A DNA stretch of 63,590 nt, filler included, from Octopus bimaculoides (taxonomy: Eukaryota): the NCBI RefSeq assembly GCF_001194135.2. It is 5 parts of 5 records of this genome, joined end to end, with 100 filler letters (N's around TTAATTAATTAA, not from the genome) between each part and the next. Parts side by side here need not be neighbours in the genome. Positions count along the whole stretch, not along the records: positions 26,365 to 36,912 come from NC_068981.1; positions 37,013 to 54,713 come from NC_068994.1; 3 more parts are not named here. One strand, written 5' to 3'. The stretch's first letter is position 1. Every line of letters starts with the position of its first letter. Shown here piece by piece: positions 26,265 through 39,199 of the stretch. The position numbers and the translations under genes were made by a program. Under the pieces are notes generated by a model. It saw only the letters and a list, made by a program, of their open reading frames with translations, ran no database searches and was not told the DNA's origin.

Positions 26265-26419
26265 NNNNNNNNNNNNNNNNNNNNNNNNNNNNNNNNNNNN
26301 NNNNNNNNTTAATTAATTAANNNNNNNNNNNNNNNNNNNNNNNNNNNNNNNNNNNNNNNNNNNNATATATATATATATACGTACGTATGTATGTTTCGCA
26401 TGAAATTAGATGATTTATG

Positions 26420-27140
26420 GAAACGGTGAGATAACGAAGATATTAAGGCGGTTCGGAAGATACTGGGGTTTACTAATATAACTTCTGGATGAATTATATA
26501 AAGTTTATCATGAGCTGTGAAAGCTATGCTGAGAGATAAAAGGTTGAGTATGAAAGGGGAAAGAGGTGTGTATGAGGGCGTGATTGTGTCGGCAATGTTA
26601 TATGTTGCAGAGAGAGGTGGGGGCTGAGAGAGGCGGACAGGAGGCGACCAGATGTGTTTGAAGTAGTACTTTTGAGGGCTATGGTTGGTGTGACATGGAT
26701 GGAGAAAATGAGGAATGAGTAGGTGCGAAAGCGAGCAAGAATGAGAGAAAATGCTAACAAACAAAATGAATAGAGGAATATTGAGGTGGCTTGGCCACAT
26801 GAAGAAGATGTATGAGGAGCGAATGGTAAGGAGTGTGATGAAGGCAGAAGTGGTATGCAGCAGAACCAGAAGCAGACCTCGGTTTGTGTGGATGGATGGA
26901 GTGAAGAAAGCTTTGGAGGTTAGAGGTGTTGGAGTGAGAGAGGTAAGAGAGTTTATAAATGATACGAAAGCATGGACGGATGAGTAAATTTGATGTTGCA
27001 GCATCATGTTGCTCAAAGGGGAATGGAACAGCATCATGCGGCGGGGGTAAACCAGCATATGCGGTCAGACCCCGCTGCTGGTATTGGAGGTTGCGCTCTG
27101 TGCCTTTACCCGAGCATACAACGGGTCTCGCCTCTTTGAG
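26420..27140 (+). mobile_element. RTE-clade LINE, 3' part (ORF end plus 3' UTR)
   Basis: GVYEGVIVSAMLY...RAMVGVTWMEKMRNE...ILRWLGHMKKMYEERMVRSVMKAEV...RSRPRFVWMDGVKKAL. Confidence 0.92.
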
Positions 27141-27582
27141 CTGAGAAATAAATGGAATGCCTGGTGTGTGTCTTGGTGTGACTATCCTCTCCTACATACA
27201 CATGAAAACACGAGGACCATTTATTAGAATTATGTACAGGGCATGTTATTTTTGCGATTCCTGCAAAAGATAGGTAAATTGGGAGCATAATTTCGACACA
27301 GCTCTCTTGCATCTCCACGAACATTTCACTTGCTCATCTTTCTAATTGCACTTCCCTCACCCCCATCTATTTTCATGCATGACCAGCGTATTACGATACT
27401 GACTAGAACATTTATTTTACGGTTGTCTCTATACGTTGAAATTCTGCTCGAATTCAACGTGTAGCAATATATTTCATATTCCTGTTATCTTTAAAAGTGT
27501 GCCCTTCTAGAATTGGATTGGTAGAACTAATAGAGAGTCGGGGCTGTTGCATTACCAGAGCCCATCTATTTGTTTTTTTCAG

Positions 27583-27660
27583 ATTTTACGCCAACGGCAT
27601 TGATGTCAAGACGTATCCGTCGTAATTTTCGGATTGTTCTTGTTATAAACACTGACGGTG
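27583..27660 (+). CDS. Candidate 78-nt internal exon (phase 1-1), gene unknown
   Basis: Acceptor ctatttgtttttttcAG, donor GTG|GTGAGC, only one open frame (FTPTALMSRRIRRNFRIVLVINTDG). Confidence 0.3.
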
Positions 27661-28808
27661 GTGAGCAAGTTGACTTATGTGCTTAGAAAACAGAGAGCCT
27701 CTGCTTGGACGTGTCCATATATTCACAGAGATATATTAAAACTTGATTGTTGAGCGATCCCTATATAAGGTGTACATTCTATATGAAGACATCCAGTACT
27801 TTTAGTTCTAGCTTTGTAATATATGTTTTTTTAGATTGTTCACGATTTATTTTTTTATATTGTTCATTTTCCATTCATGTATAACATTATGCAAGTCATG
27901 TTTGCTTATTGCTACACACATCATATTGCTAAAGAACGTGAAAGGGTGTCTACACTAAGAGCGTCTGTATCTCAGAATTTCACATATATTATTGTTTAGA
28001 CGAGTCCATGTTTCAGGTTACCACGTATTTATATGAGGGAACAAACAAGATTCAAACAATATTCAATTCCTTTGCATATGTCAGTGATCCCCTTCTATAT
28101 ATATTGTGTTATGACTCGCGAGGCTATAACTGTTGAAATTGTAAGCAGAGTAGAAGGGTGCACCGACTTGTGGAGGAGTTTTATAAGTTTTTGATTGAGT
28201 TTGTTTTAATGTAGCATCATTATGAATATTAATATCATGGTATTGTACTCGATCCATTAAAAAAGATACTATAATTCTGCGACTTTAATTGCTTTACGAT
28301 AATGTCATTGCATTTTTTCGTCGGCATTAATCTCTTGCTTGTGGAGCGGACGTCGATCAACCAAGAGACACTAATCCACTTACAATACAAATTCTGCTGA
28401 ATCTGATTTTGAGTTAGATTTCTGTTGGGTTATTTCTACATTTTCCTTATAGTGAAGTTATCGCCATAATATGAGATGCAAAGGTAACGCAGGAAACAGA
28501 TCAACGGACTTCTGCAATTTTAGTTAATAATTTAAGTGAAACGCTGTGACCCTTTTGCACTCCATCCTTGCACTGGCTATAATCATCTGAACGAGAAATT
28601 TCAGTCATTACTGCCTCACATCATTTATATTCAAATTATTTTCTTTGTGGATGTTTATTTTGTTTATAGACGTCCATGTCTATCTATTTATCTACACACA
28701 CACACACACACACACATACACACACACACACACACACTCACACACACACACACACACTCTCACACACACACACACACATACACACTCACACACACACACA
28801 CACACACA

Positions 28809-28896
28809 GAAGAAGAAGAAGAAGAAGAAGAAGAAGAAGAAGAAGAAGAAGAAGAAGAAGAAGAAGAAGAAGAAGAAGAAGAAGAAGAAGAAGAAG

Positions 28897-28928
<32 letters not shown>

Positions 28929-28936
28929 GAAGAAGA
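28809..28936. repeat. (GAA)n microsatellite
   Basis: Direct reading. Confidence 0.99.
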
Positions 28937-29588
28937 AATTACCAAGCCAATATATTAAAGAACGGCAGTAGCTGAAACTACTCGGCCAACTTATTAGAGA
29001 ACGGCTGTAGGCCATCATGTCCTGTATGTCAACAAAAAAATTGAAACTATTGATCATATTGGCTCCATTCGCAGTCTTCTTGCGCCTGCAGAGTATCTCA
29101 ACAGGCATGATAGAGCAGCACAATAAATTCACAGGGTAATTTGTAAAAACCTGGGGCTGCCCCATGATAAAAACTATTGGGAACACACACCACCTCCAGT
29201 GCTTCAAAATGATCACATCTCACTCCTCTGGAACTTCACCATTCAAACTGACAGAAAGATAGATGCGAATAGGCCAGACATAATATTGAAAGACTTCAGA
29301 AAGAAGTAAAGCCTTCTCATTGATAAGACTGTCCCAGTCGACACAAATTTATCGTTGAAGACCTACAAAAAACTGAGCAAGTATAAAGATCTTGAATTAG
29401 AAATTGGCAAAATGTGGAACCTCAAGACTAAAACAACACCTGTTATCTAGCGCAGATAACAGGCAAGAGCAAAATGGCAGAAATTCAAAAGATGGTGCCC
29501 GTGGAAACTGCCCATACCTTACGTAAATTACTGTGTATGTAATCTCAAATTTTAAAACAAAGTGGTTATGTTCTCATGTTTCCTTAGA

Positions 29589-29589
<1 letters not shown>
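28937..29589 (+). mobile_element. R4/Dong-type retrotransposon, 3' part, followed by (ATT)n
   Basis: CPVCQQKIETIDHI...RHDRAAQ...WNFTIQTDRKIDANRPDIILKD...KYKDLELEIGKMWNLKTKTTPVI; stop at 29540-29542; (ATT)n starts at about 29590. Confidence 0.95.
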
Positions 29590-29652
<63 letters not shown>

Positions 29653-30621
29653 AATGAACTAACGAACAAATTTTGGTGCTCGTCATTTAAATTAAAATTT
29701 TTATTTTTCCCGATTTGCCTTTAATATATTTTATCGAATCTGAAAACAAGAAAGGCTAATATTTCATGCATATGTTAGTTCAGATGCAATTTATTTTAGT
29801 TTCCTTAGATTTTCCAGAATGGAATATTACAGTTTCATGATGATTAAGCAATTCAGACATTCTACTCCCTGAGTAACACAACATTGATTTTTACACTTAG
29901 TAAAATGCTACAAATAAAGGTACTCTCGATTCAATCTATTCTCAGTATTGTTCCGGCAATATATATTATGGGCATTTCAACCTGAAATACAGCAGCCTTC
30001 CGCAAAATTTGAAATCTGAGCATTCACTGGTGAAATATTTAAGTGGATATGTGGTTCGTTTTGCAATAATTTTTTGCATAGACTCCAATAATTAATAAAA
30101 ATTAAGATGACGGTAATAATTCTTACTTATTTTCAAAATGTCCAAATAGCATGATATGAATAACATTACACATTCATAAATGAATTATTCACTGTCACAC
30201 ATTCGTATATTTATATNNNNNNNNNNNNNNNNNNNNNNNNNNNNNNNNNNNNNNNNNNNNNNNNNNNNNNNNNNNNNNNNNNNNNNNNNNNNNNNNNNNN
30301 NNNNNNNNNNNNNNNNNNNNNNNNNNNNNNNNNNNNNNNNNNNNNNNNNNNNNNNNNNNNNNNNNNNNNNNNNNNNNNNNNNNNNNNNNNNNNNNNATAT
30401 ATGTATATATATACACACATATAAAGCGAAATAAATATATAAGATGATTATATAAAGATACTTACAATTATATTTATTATAAAGAATATGCAAAGTATGT
30501 AGCGTGTAACCGCCATATTTTGGAAAGAAATTCTGGGTTATAGTCATAGGTTCCTGTAGCTCTTCATGACAGTCACACGCCTGAACATTTTAAACTACAC
30601 ATCTTATATATTCTTTTCTAC

Positions 30622-30800
30622 TCTGGGCACAAGGCCCGAAATTTTGGGAGAGGAGGCCAGTCTATTAGATTCACCTCAGTACGCAACTGGTACTTAATTT
30701 ATCGACTCAGAAAGGATAAAAGGCAAAGTCGACCTTGGTGGTATTTGAACTCAGAACGTAAAGGCAGACGAAGTACCGCTAAGTACTTCGCCCGGCGTGT
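30622..30800 (-). mobile_element. SINE family A
   Basis: ggcacaaggcccgaaatttt...aaaggcaaagtcgacc...atttgaactcagaacg. Confidence 0.9.
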
Positions 30801-31334
30801 TTATAAACACCTTAAATATTAACGATGGTCATGAGCAACGATGTGGTTGATATAGTTGCACTGGTTCTGGCCCAAGTAACAATTTTAACAAGAAGGATCC
30901 GTTGGTTTTGATTCGTGAATCGAAATGAAATATGAAAATTTGGTATTTTAAAACAATTTACTGAGCTAATGCAAAATCTCGGAGGGCAAATTTTAAAGCC
31001 TTAGCAATATATATTGATAGGATACGTGCTATAAATAATTGATCATTCGCTTCGAAATGCAAGAGAATAGTTGATTACAAAATTGCATTAAAATGGAGGT
31101 GAAGACAGATGTAATATCAAAGAGAATGCGTTACTTAGAAGATGACAGGCTTCATATGCGTTTACAGCATTACAAATGAATTAGAAGATATTATATGGCA
31201 TCTTCAAATGTTTTCAGCAACTTCTTCTAAAAAGATAAATTATTATTACTTCTTTATACAACCAGGGTCAGATTCAAGTTAATCAATTCATAAATATTTC
31301 AGACTTCATAGCATTATTAAAGCATTTCATGATA

Positions 31335-31545
31335 GCCAGCTGGTAGAATCGTAAGCACGACTGGCAAAATATTTATAAGTATTTCGTTCGTTTTTACCTT
31401 ACGACTTCAAATTCTGCTGTGGTTGATATTGCCTTTTATTCTTCCGGCTCATTGAAACAAGTACCAGTTATGCACAGGAGGTCGTTAAAATCGCTTAGTC
31501 CCTTTCACCCAGATTTTAATCCTCATGCCTATAGTAGAAAAGATT
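31335..31545 (+). mobile_element. SINE family A, degenerate
   Basis: gccagctggtagaatcgtaagcac...cctatagtagaaaagattatt. Confidence 0.85.
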
Positions 31546-31962
31546 ATTAAAACATTTTATTTTGTGTTCTTTACATAAATGGCCTAAATATTGTTCTGTA
31601 TTACCAAATTACTCAATTCCCTCATATTTGTGTGTGTGTGCGTGCGTGTTTGTGTGTGTATATATGCATACGTATATAAGTGTGCGTATGTGTGTGCATG
31701 CTTTCACATGTTCCAACACTTGCATGCACACCGACACCATAAAACATGAGGAATCAGGTTGTTCAATAACGAAAATTTAGACTTATATGTAAATAATCAA
31801 ATTCAAGGAATAAATAGTTTACTGTTAGTAATATCGATGTGCTTTTTATTCTTACGATTACGTGAGAATTTAGTGCAATAGAGACGTACTATTTGAAAGA
31901 GATTCGTGGTAGGAACATGAGTCTCGATATCTGGTTAGGTATTAACTGGGGTTCGATTGGGT

Positions 31963-32019
<57 letters not shown>

Positions 32020-35000
32020 AGTTTCATGCAAAGTCAGACTGAGAGGAAGATATGACTGCATCACTTTTCATCTGGCCACTCGAGAGCTTCATCTCTTTCG
32101 TTTCCTGGAAGTATTGCTAAAATATGGGGATTTAAATTTTGGCACAAGGCCAACAAACTAGTACTTATTTTATCGAGCCTGAAAGAATGAGACACAATGT
32201 TGACTTAGCCAGCATTACTGGCTAAAATATTGATGAGTTACGAACACTACTTAGAGGGAAAATATTCGGTTGGATGCCCCATGTATAGACGTATATGGAA
32301 TGCCAGCAAGTGTTGTCCTCGTTTGTGATGCTCGTTTTGTCGCAGGTTTTATCTCTGACAAATGTGTAACTCTGTGTTTCGTGAAGTCTAAAAATGTACA
32401 TGTTATCTAAAGCGCTATAAGGCGTTCACACCTTTCTGCCAGTTGAAAACAAGCCCAATATGAATTAACACACAAGAAATTTCTCGCATTGTTAAACGTT
32501 TAGTCATGACAAATAGTGATGTAGTGTAAATGGGCTTCCACAGCCATCAACTGAAGATTTCTCGTGCGATGGACAATGTAGAACTTCATTGTATCTTCAA
32601 GGCAGAGAAGTGCCAAACGTCAAGCTCTTGAAACTAATAAATTGATTATAAATGACTTTCCTAGTGGAGTTCAATTGTCAGTATTCAATTTTATTAGCTT
32701 TATTGAATTCAAGTTTCCGAGAGAATAGTCACCATGTCTATCTCTTTGATATTTTCCTAGTGCATATTTGCACCACAAATTTTCTATTGGTGTTAGTCTT
32801 TTATTGATCAGGGAATAATATACACAACTAACTTTACACCTAATTTCACAGCATTTGCAGCATCTAATTTACTCTTCGTGAAGGAGCTTGATTTATTTAA
32901 GATGGCTATTTATTTCTTTTCTGCTACAACATTGCAGTTAAGGATTTTTCGTTGCGAAGGAAGGTCATGGATATGTAATATTATCGTTTGTCTTTTCTCG
33001 ATACAAAAATTGTCTTTTTTTCAGTCAATATTTCAGAAAACGTCTCTGTTAGTTTATAAGTTTCTGTGAAATGTTTTTACTAGAATTTTAGAAAAGTATA
33101 GAATTTCAGTGTCCGCTTGATTTTTTTTTTCCCGTGAGTAGGATAAACTTTCTTTTAGCAGTTACGGTTTGCAACTAATGTGCACGTGCTTTAAAAACTG
33201 TTTAAATAACATCGGGTAAAGTGAATTCCCTAGCAATTCTCCTTAGCACAATACTACTTAAATTGCTGTTGGTTTTGCATTGACTTCTCTTTTCTTTTAT
33301 AAATTCTTGACTAATTGGTTTTCGATAGGCGATGCACAGTCTGTTTGGTTTAAAGCATCTCCTCGTTTGCAATATCGAGGAATTCTTTGTTATATAATGA
33401 AGAGCATTTGTTTCAAGCGCAATTTCATTCCTGACACTTTTTTTTATCCCATCATATTTCTGTAGTATTTGTCTCTCCCTCGCCCTTCACTCTTGTCGTT
33501 AGTATTCCTAATTAATTTCAAAAGAAATCAGAGTATCTATTCTCTTATTTTCATATTTGCATATTTATTTTTGTTATTGTTCACTTGGGTTTCCATCTTC
33601 TTACTAATAAATTTGGGAAATTACCCAATTCACCAACAATGGCTCCTGCATGTATTATTCAATTTAGCAAAGAGATATCGATGTTGTTTACTATTTCAAT
33701 TTGGTCTGGTTGGTGGGGGTGCGCTTTTATTTTCGCCGCAACTATATCGTTGTGTGTTACCCTTGGCCGATAGTTTTGCTCATACACACGAAACCTTTAT
33801 ATTGTTTATAATTTTTGCATCCATTACACCATTATTTTGTCGTCGAAATGAATGTGATTTGCAGGATTTCTTCAATGTTTCTGACATTTATTGTTATTTA
33901 CTTTCGTTTATGCTGTTCAAAATCACATTTAGTTATCATATGCTACAGGTGGTTTTGCTATAGATATAGTATTTGTTTTGCAACCTGCAGTTTGGACTTC
34001 GTAGTTAATCTTCTCAGTTTTTGTTTTCTATTTTTGTTTGTAGCTTTCATTCTTACAACTGGGGGTTTTTTTGTGACTAGTATATAATTCTGTTAAGTGC
34101 TATATCTCAGTAACTGAGTTTTTTTATTAGATAATTTATATTATTAAGTTAAATAATCTGCTGTGACATAAAGTTACATCTAGATCAGGGATGCTTTCGT
34201 TCTGAATTAATTGTTTGTTTTTGCCACTTTGCAAAAGTGTACACCAGATTATCGTAATGAAGTCTGATGCTTGCTTGAACCATTTTGCTTCAATTTTGAA
34301 GTATAATCAAGTCGTCAAAATGACAACATTGCCTTTCCATTTATATCGAAAAACGAATACTCTATGCTGATAAAAGGTGGTTGGAAGAATAAGTTATAGT
34401 GAATTGTTTTTGCAATTGATATTAACCACCGTTCTCATTAGTTTATTTTCATAGCTTCATTGCAGTTAGGCATTGATTTTGTATAACAGAAATCAGCATT
34501 ACGTATCTGCAACTGGATCAGGTTTCTGAGCCACGGTTTCATTTTTGAATAAGAAAAATCTATTATTATTATTATTATTATTACAAGCAGGACCCGAGAA
34601 TATGATACGCAATTAATGGTACACCTATTGGGTTGTTTCTGAAAGCCTTATCCAAAATCCCTGGAAGCGAAGCCTGTATTGAGTTTGTATGGAAAGATAG
34701 TTGCTCATCTGCTACTCATTGAAAAGTGAAAGAAATTTGAATACGATGATTATTTAATACACCTTATATATATATAGACTTTTTATACCTTATGCACAAT
34801 TTTATATATTTAATACTCAGCACTCATAAAATCAATACTCACTCCTTTTTTCATTATTCCAATAAACAAACAAATATCCCGTACATATGATACAACCTTC
34901 AGTGAAATTTGAAATTGTATATATCTGCCACGTCACTAAGTGTGAATATTTCACGGAATTGCACTTATGCGCGTATATTAAGTGATAGGTGGTATAATAA

Positions 35001-35034
35001 TAAAACTTGTTGAATTAAAAAAGTACACTTTTCA

Positions 35035-35440
35035 CTATCCAATCACCACCGCCACCACCACCAACATCATCTCTCTTGCAATCTTTCTCACTCTCCTCTC
35101 TCTTTCCCTTCTTTCCCCCTCTCTCTCTCCCTTTTTCTCTCCTTCATCTCTCTGTTCTTTCTCACTCTCTCTCTCTTCTTTCTCACTCTCTCTCTTCTTT
35201 CTCATCCTCTCTCTCTCTCACTACATTATTTTAACCTCACTATCAGATGAAAGTGTATCCAATCACCAGCGCCAACACCTCCACAGCCACCATCATTATC
35301 CCTCTTCCCCTCACTCTCACCCTCCTCTCTCTCTCCCTTCTTTCTCCTCTCTCATCATTCTTTCTCTCCTTCATCTGTCTCTCCTTTCTCACTCTCTGTC
35401 TCTGCCTTATTTCAACCTCACCATCAGATGAAAGTGTACG
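35035..35440. repeat. Two diverged tandem units of about 183 bp, each with a CT-rich body
   Basis: Junction aacctcac(t/c)atcagatgaaagtgta at about 35232 and 35415; ccaatcacca starts both units. Confidence 0.75.
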
Positions 35441-35554
35441 ACATATTTAGTATGACAAAGCAACAAACAATAAATGTTACCGGCAGAGTGTTCGTCACCA
35501 ATTGAAAAATTTTAATGACAGTTTGGTAAAGAAATATTTGTTTCTAATTTTGTC

Positions 35555-35915
35555 AAAAGGCCAACAATTTTGAGGGAGCAGGCGAATCGAATGCATCGAT
35601 GCCAGTGCTCAACTAATACTTATTTTATCGACGCCGTTTCTTTGAAAGGCATAGTCGACCGCAGTGGAATTTAAACTCAGAAAGGAAAAAACGGGTGAAA
35701 TACTGCCAAGCATTTTACCGGGCATCTTGATTATCTGCCAGCTCATTGCCTTAGCTGGATAACGTAATATTGATTCTAAAATTTGACACAGTGACAGCAT
35801 GTTTGAGGGAAGGGACAAGTCGGTTATATTTAAGATGGCTATTTATTTCTTTTCTGCTACAACATTGCAGTTAAGCATGAAAGCCCAAGTCGACTACAGA
35901 GGAATTTCAATTCAG
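35555..35915 (-). mobile_element. Two adjacent SINE family A copies; the second carries a 49-bp foreign replacement
   Basis: Family A motifs at 35555-35752 and 35775-35915. Confidence 0.85.
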
Positions 35916-35954
35916 AACGTAGTGATGGGCAAACCGTCACTAAGTCCGGTATAC

Positions 35955-36357
35955 TCTTTTACTCTTTTACTTGTTTCAGTCATTTGACTGTGGCCATGCT
36001 GGAGCACCACCTTTAGTCGAGCAAATCGACCCCAGGACATATTTTTTGTAAGCCTAGTACTCATTCTATCGGTCTCTTTTGCCGAATCCCTAAGTTACGG
36101 GGACGTAAACACACCAGGATCGGTCGTCAAGCGATGTTGGGTGGGCAAACACAGACATACAAGCACACACACACATGCACATATATACACATATACATAT
36201 ATACGACGGGATTCTTTCAGTTACCGTCTAACAAATCCACTGACAAGGCTTTGGTCGGCCCGAGGCTATAGTAGATGACACTTGCCCAATGTGCCACGCA
36301 ATGGGACTGAAGCCGGAACCATGTGGTTGGTTAGAAACTACTTACCACACAGCCACT
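35955..36357 (-). mobile_element. SINE family B, full length
   Basis: Reverse complement of the family B sequence. Confidence 0.92.
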
Positions 36358-36566
36358 CTTACGCGTGATTCAGCATGATCCTGGCCTTAGCTGGGCATTG
36401 TAACCTTAGACAAAATTTATTAGAGGATAAATATGGTAGTAACTGGAAAGATTATATTTATAAGTATAATCAAATAAACAGCAACAATATCTAGTTAAAG
36501 TATGTAACCGAAAGCTTGAACACTTTAAACTTAATGGAAACTAAATGGTTCAATTTTGTTTTGCAG

Positions 36567-36650
36567 ATAATGAAAGATCTTATGTGGCTAGAAGATCGGG
36601 TAAATAAATCAACAATACAGCAATGCAACAAAGCGGTTCGAGAAATTAAG
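36567..36650 (+). CDS. Candidate 84-nt internal exon (phase 0-0), gene unknown
   Basis: Acceptor ttttgttttgcAG, consensus donor AAG|GTAAGT, only frame 0 open: IMKDLMWLEDRVNKSTIQQCNKAVREIK. Confidence 0.45.
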
Positions 36651-36805
36651 GTAAGTCTTTTGCAGATTTTAAGTAACTATAAACAAACACTTCGCACACA
36701 GTCCACTGTACAATCTCCCTATAGACACATATCTCTCCACCAACCTCAGTCACTTTATATATATATTTATATGCGTGTGCGGGTGTGTCTGTGTGCGTGC
36801 GTGTG

Positions 36806-36870
<65 letters not shown>

Positions 36871-37051
36871 TATAATAATAATAATGAAGAAGAAGAAGAA
36901 GAAGAAGAAGAANNNNNNNNNNNNNNNNNNNNNNNNNNNNNNNNNNNNNNNNNNNNTTAATTAATTAANNNNNNNNNNNNNNNNNNNNNNNNNNNNNNNN
37001 NNNNNNNNNNNNATATATATATATATGCATAAGTTCATATGAATGTGTGTG

Positions 37052-37097
<46 letters not shown>

Positions 37098-38124
37098 TAA
37101 ATATATATACGTGCGTATGTACATTCGTATATGTGGTGCGTGTGTATATATATATAACGTATACATATGTGTGTGTGTGTGTATGTGTGGATGTGTATGA
37201 GTACGTTTATGCATACAAGTGTACATGATCACTTGTATATATACATACAAAAATAGATACATATGACATACATACATATATACAAACACACATACATGAG
37301 AGAGATAGTTCGAAAAAGATCATACCCGTTGAGCAAAACAGACAGTGAAATGCTTGAACCCCCGAAGATGCGATTGACAATGTCGATTACGTCATGAATC
37401 TCTTGCAGATATTTGACATGCGATCAGCACAGTCCAGAATAAAATGCCATTAACTTATATCTTCCAATGCAGTATTATGTTGTGGCTGAAACAATATACA
37501 ATGCTATCTGCAGGGAAAGTCAGCCTTTGGTTAAATACAGAAAACATCGCTTTTTTTTAATGCAATGGTACGTTTAAGTGTAATGTATACTGGTGGAACG
37601 CTTCCTTTAAATTTTCCGTCAAAACAATAGTATAATAATCCTGTCTTGACGTGAAAGAAACATATGTACTATTGTGAAGGTCAGCCATCTTATCGATGAG
37701 ATCATTTCTATGTAAAATCACTGGGGAAGAGAATATTATAAGCAGCTGCTCTATGGTAAGTTGAATTTCCGTCGTTTGGCGATGAGGGTTCAGATGTTTG
37801 ATCAACTGAATTAGCTACTTTTGAATTAACGTATTAAGAAAAAAAATATATATGGCTGGGTATTCCGCAGATATATGAGTTCCTGAATGTAGTTTATTAA
37901 GAATTCTCTTAGCTATTGATTTTTTTTTTTAGTATGTGAAAGCCTTGTTCTTTTGAATAGGCCAATCACTTCACATAACTAGCTTTGAGGAAGCTATAAG
38001 ATTTCGCATCGGCACGCAACTCTGTGTGCATGGTTCCTTATAGCCGAGACAGCTGTAAGCTAATGCAGATGATTGCACCACTCCTGTTCTTTTTTTGTTT
38101 TTTTTTTCTCATTTATTTATCAAT

Positions 38125-38339
38125 TTCAAAATGTTTGATGAAAATCTTCGTTGAATATGTTTAATTAAAATGTTTTATGAAAATGTTGGATGAAAATGTC
38201 TCATGAATATATTTCATGAAAATGTTTGATGGAAATTTTCGATCAAAATGTTCGTTGAAAATGTTTGATGGAAATATCAGAGGTTTTATGCAATTGTTTG
38301 ATGAAAATGTCTGATGGAAATGTCTGATGAATATGTTTG

Positions 38340-38340
<1 letters not shown>
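38125..38340. repeat. Degenerate 13-bp minisatellite (gatgaaaatgttt)n
   Basis: About 16 diverged units. Confidence 0.9.
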
Positions 38341-38401
<61 letters not shown>

Positions 38402-39199
38402 ACCTATGCCAGCATGGAACCTGGATGTTAAATGATGATGATGATGATGGTGGTGATGATGATGATGATGATGATGATGAATGATGATAATGATGATAGT
38501 GGAGCTGCTGATGATGAGGATGATGATGTATGTGTGTGTGTGTATGTGTGTGTGTGTGTGAAATGAGAAGAGTTTGTCTTTCAAGCATATTGTATTAAAG
38601 ACATACCTACGTTTGAGTTTGTCCCTTTTTTTATTAAGCGTTTTTCCCCCCTTTTATCTTTTTTTTTTCTTTTTCATATTTCCTTATTAATTCCTTGTTA
38701 TTCAGTTTAAAGCATTAGCGTTCCTAAATCCATTAGTCCATTAACATTTCGAAGCTATCTTAACTCCATCCTCATAATGAAATGATTGGAGCGTTGCCTA
38801 TTTTTCGTGCGCATTACGTTAGGTCGTAAAGGATCATAAATATGCTGCTGGTTTTTCTTTTTCTGTTTCTTCTTTTCTTTTTGTTGCTGTTTTCCCTGTT
38901 GTTTCAACGCCATATTTAAAAATTATTCAACGGTTAAGCCCGGTCAGTTTCCGCAATTAATTTTGTGCATGTTTGTATCTGTATGTTCTATTTGTATTGT
39001 TCTTTTAGCCAAATATCTAAAGATACACTGATGTGACTAGCATTTAACTGTTTAATTTAACTATTTAACAACCGAAGAAGTTCTAAGCATAAAACTCTTA
39101 CATAGCGCTGTTTATACTTCAGTAAATTCCTTATCCTTTTCTATGAGGAAATCTTAAGAGAACAATGATTCACAGGAAGGGAGAAGCACCAACAAAATA

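Noticed and set aside
33469-33963. 164-aa hydrophobic ORF
   Set aside because: Explained by T-rich composition; no recognisable domain
37690-37760. Donor-like ATG|GTAAGT at 37755
   Set aside because: No convincing upstream acceptor with an open frame
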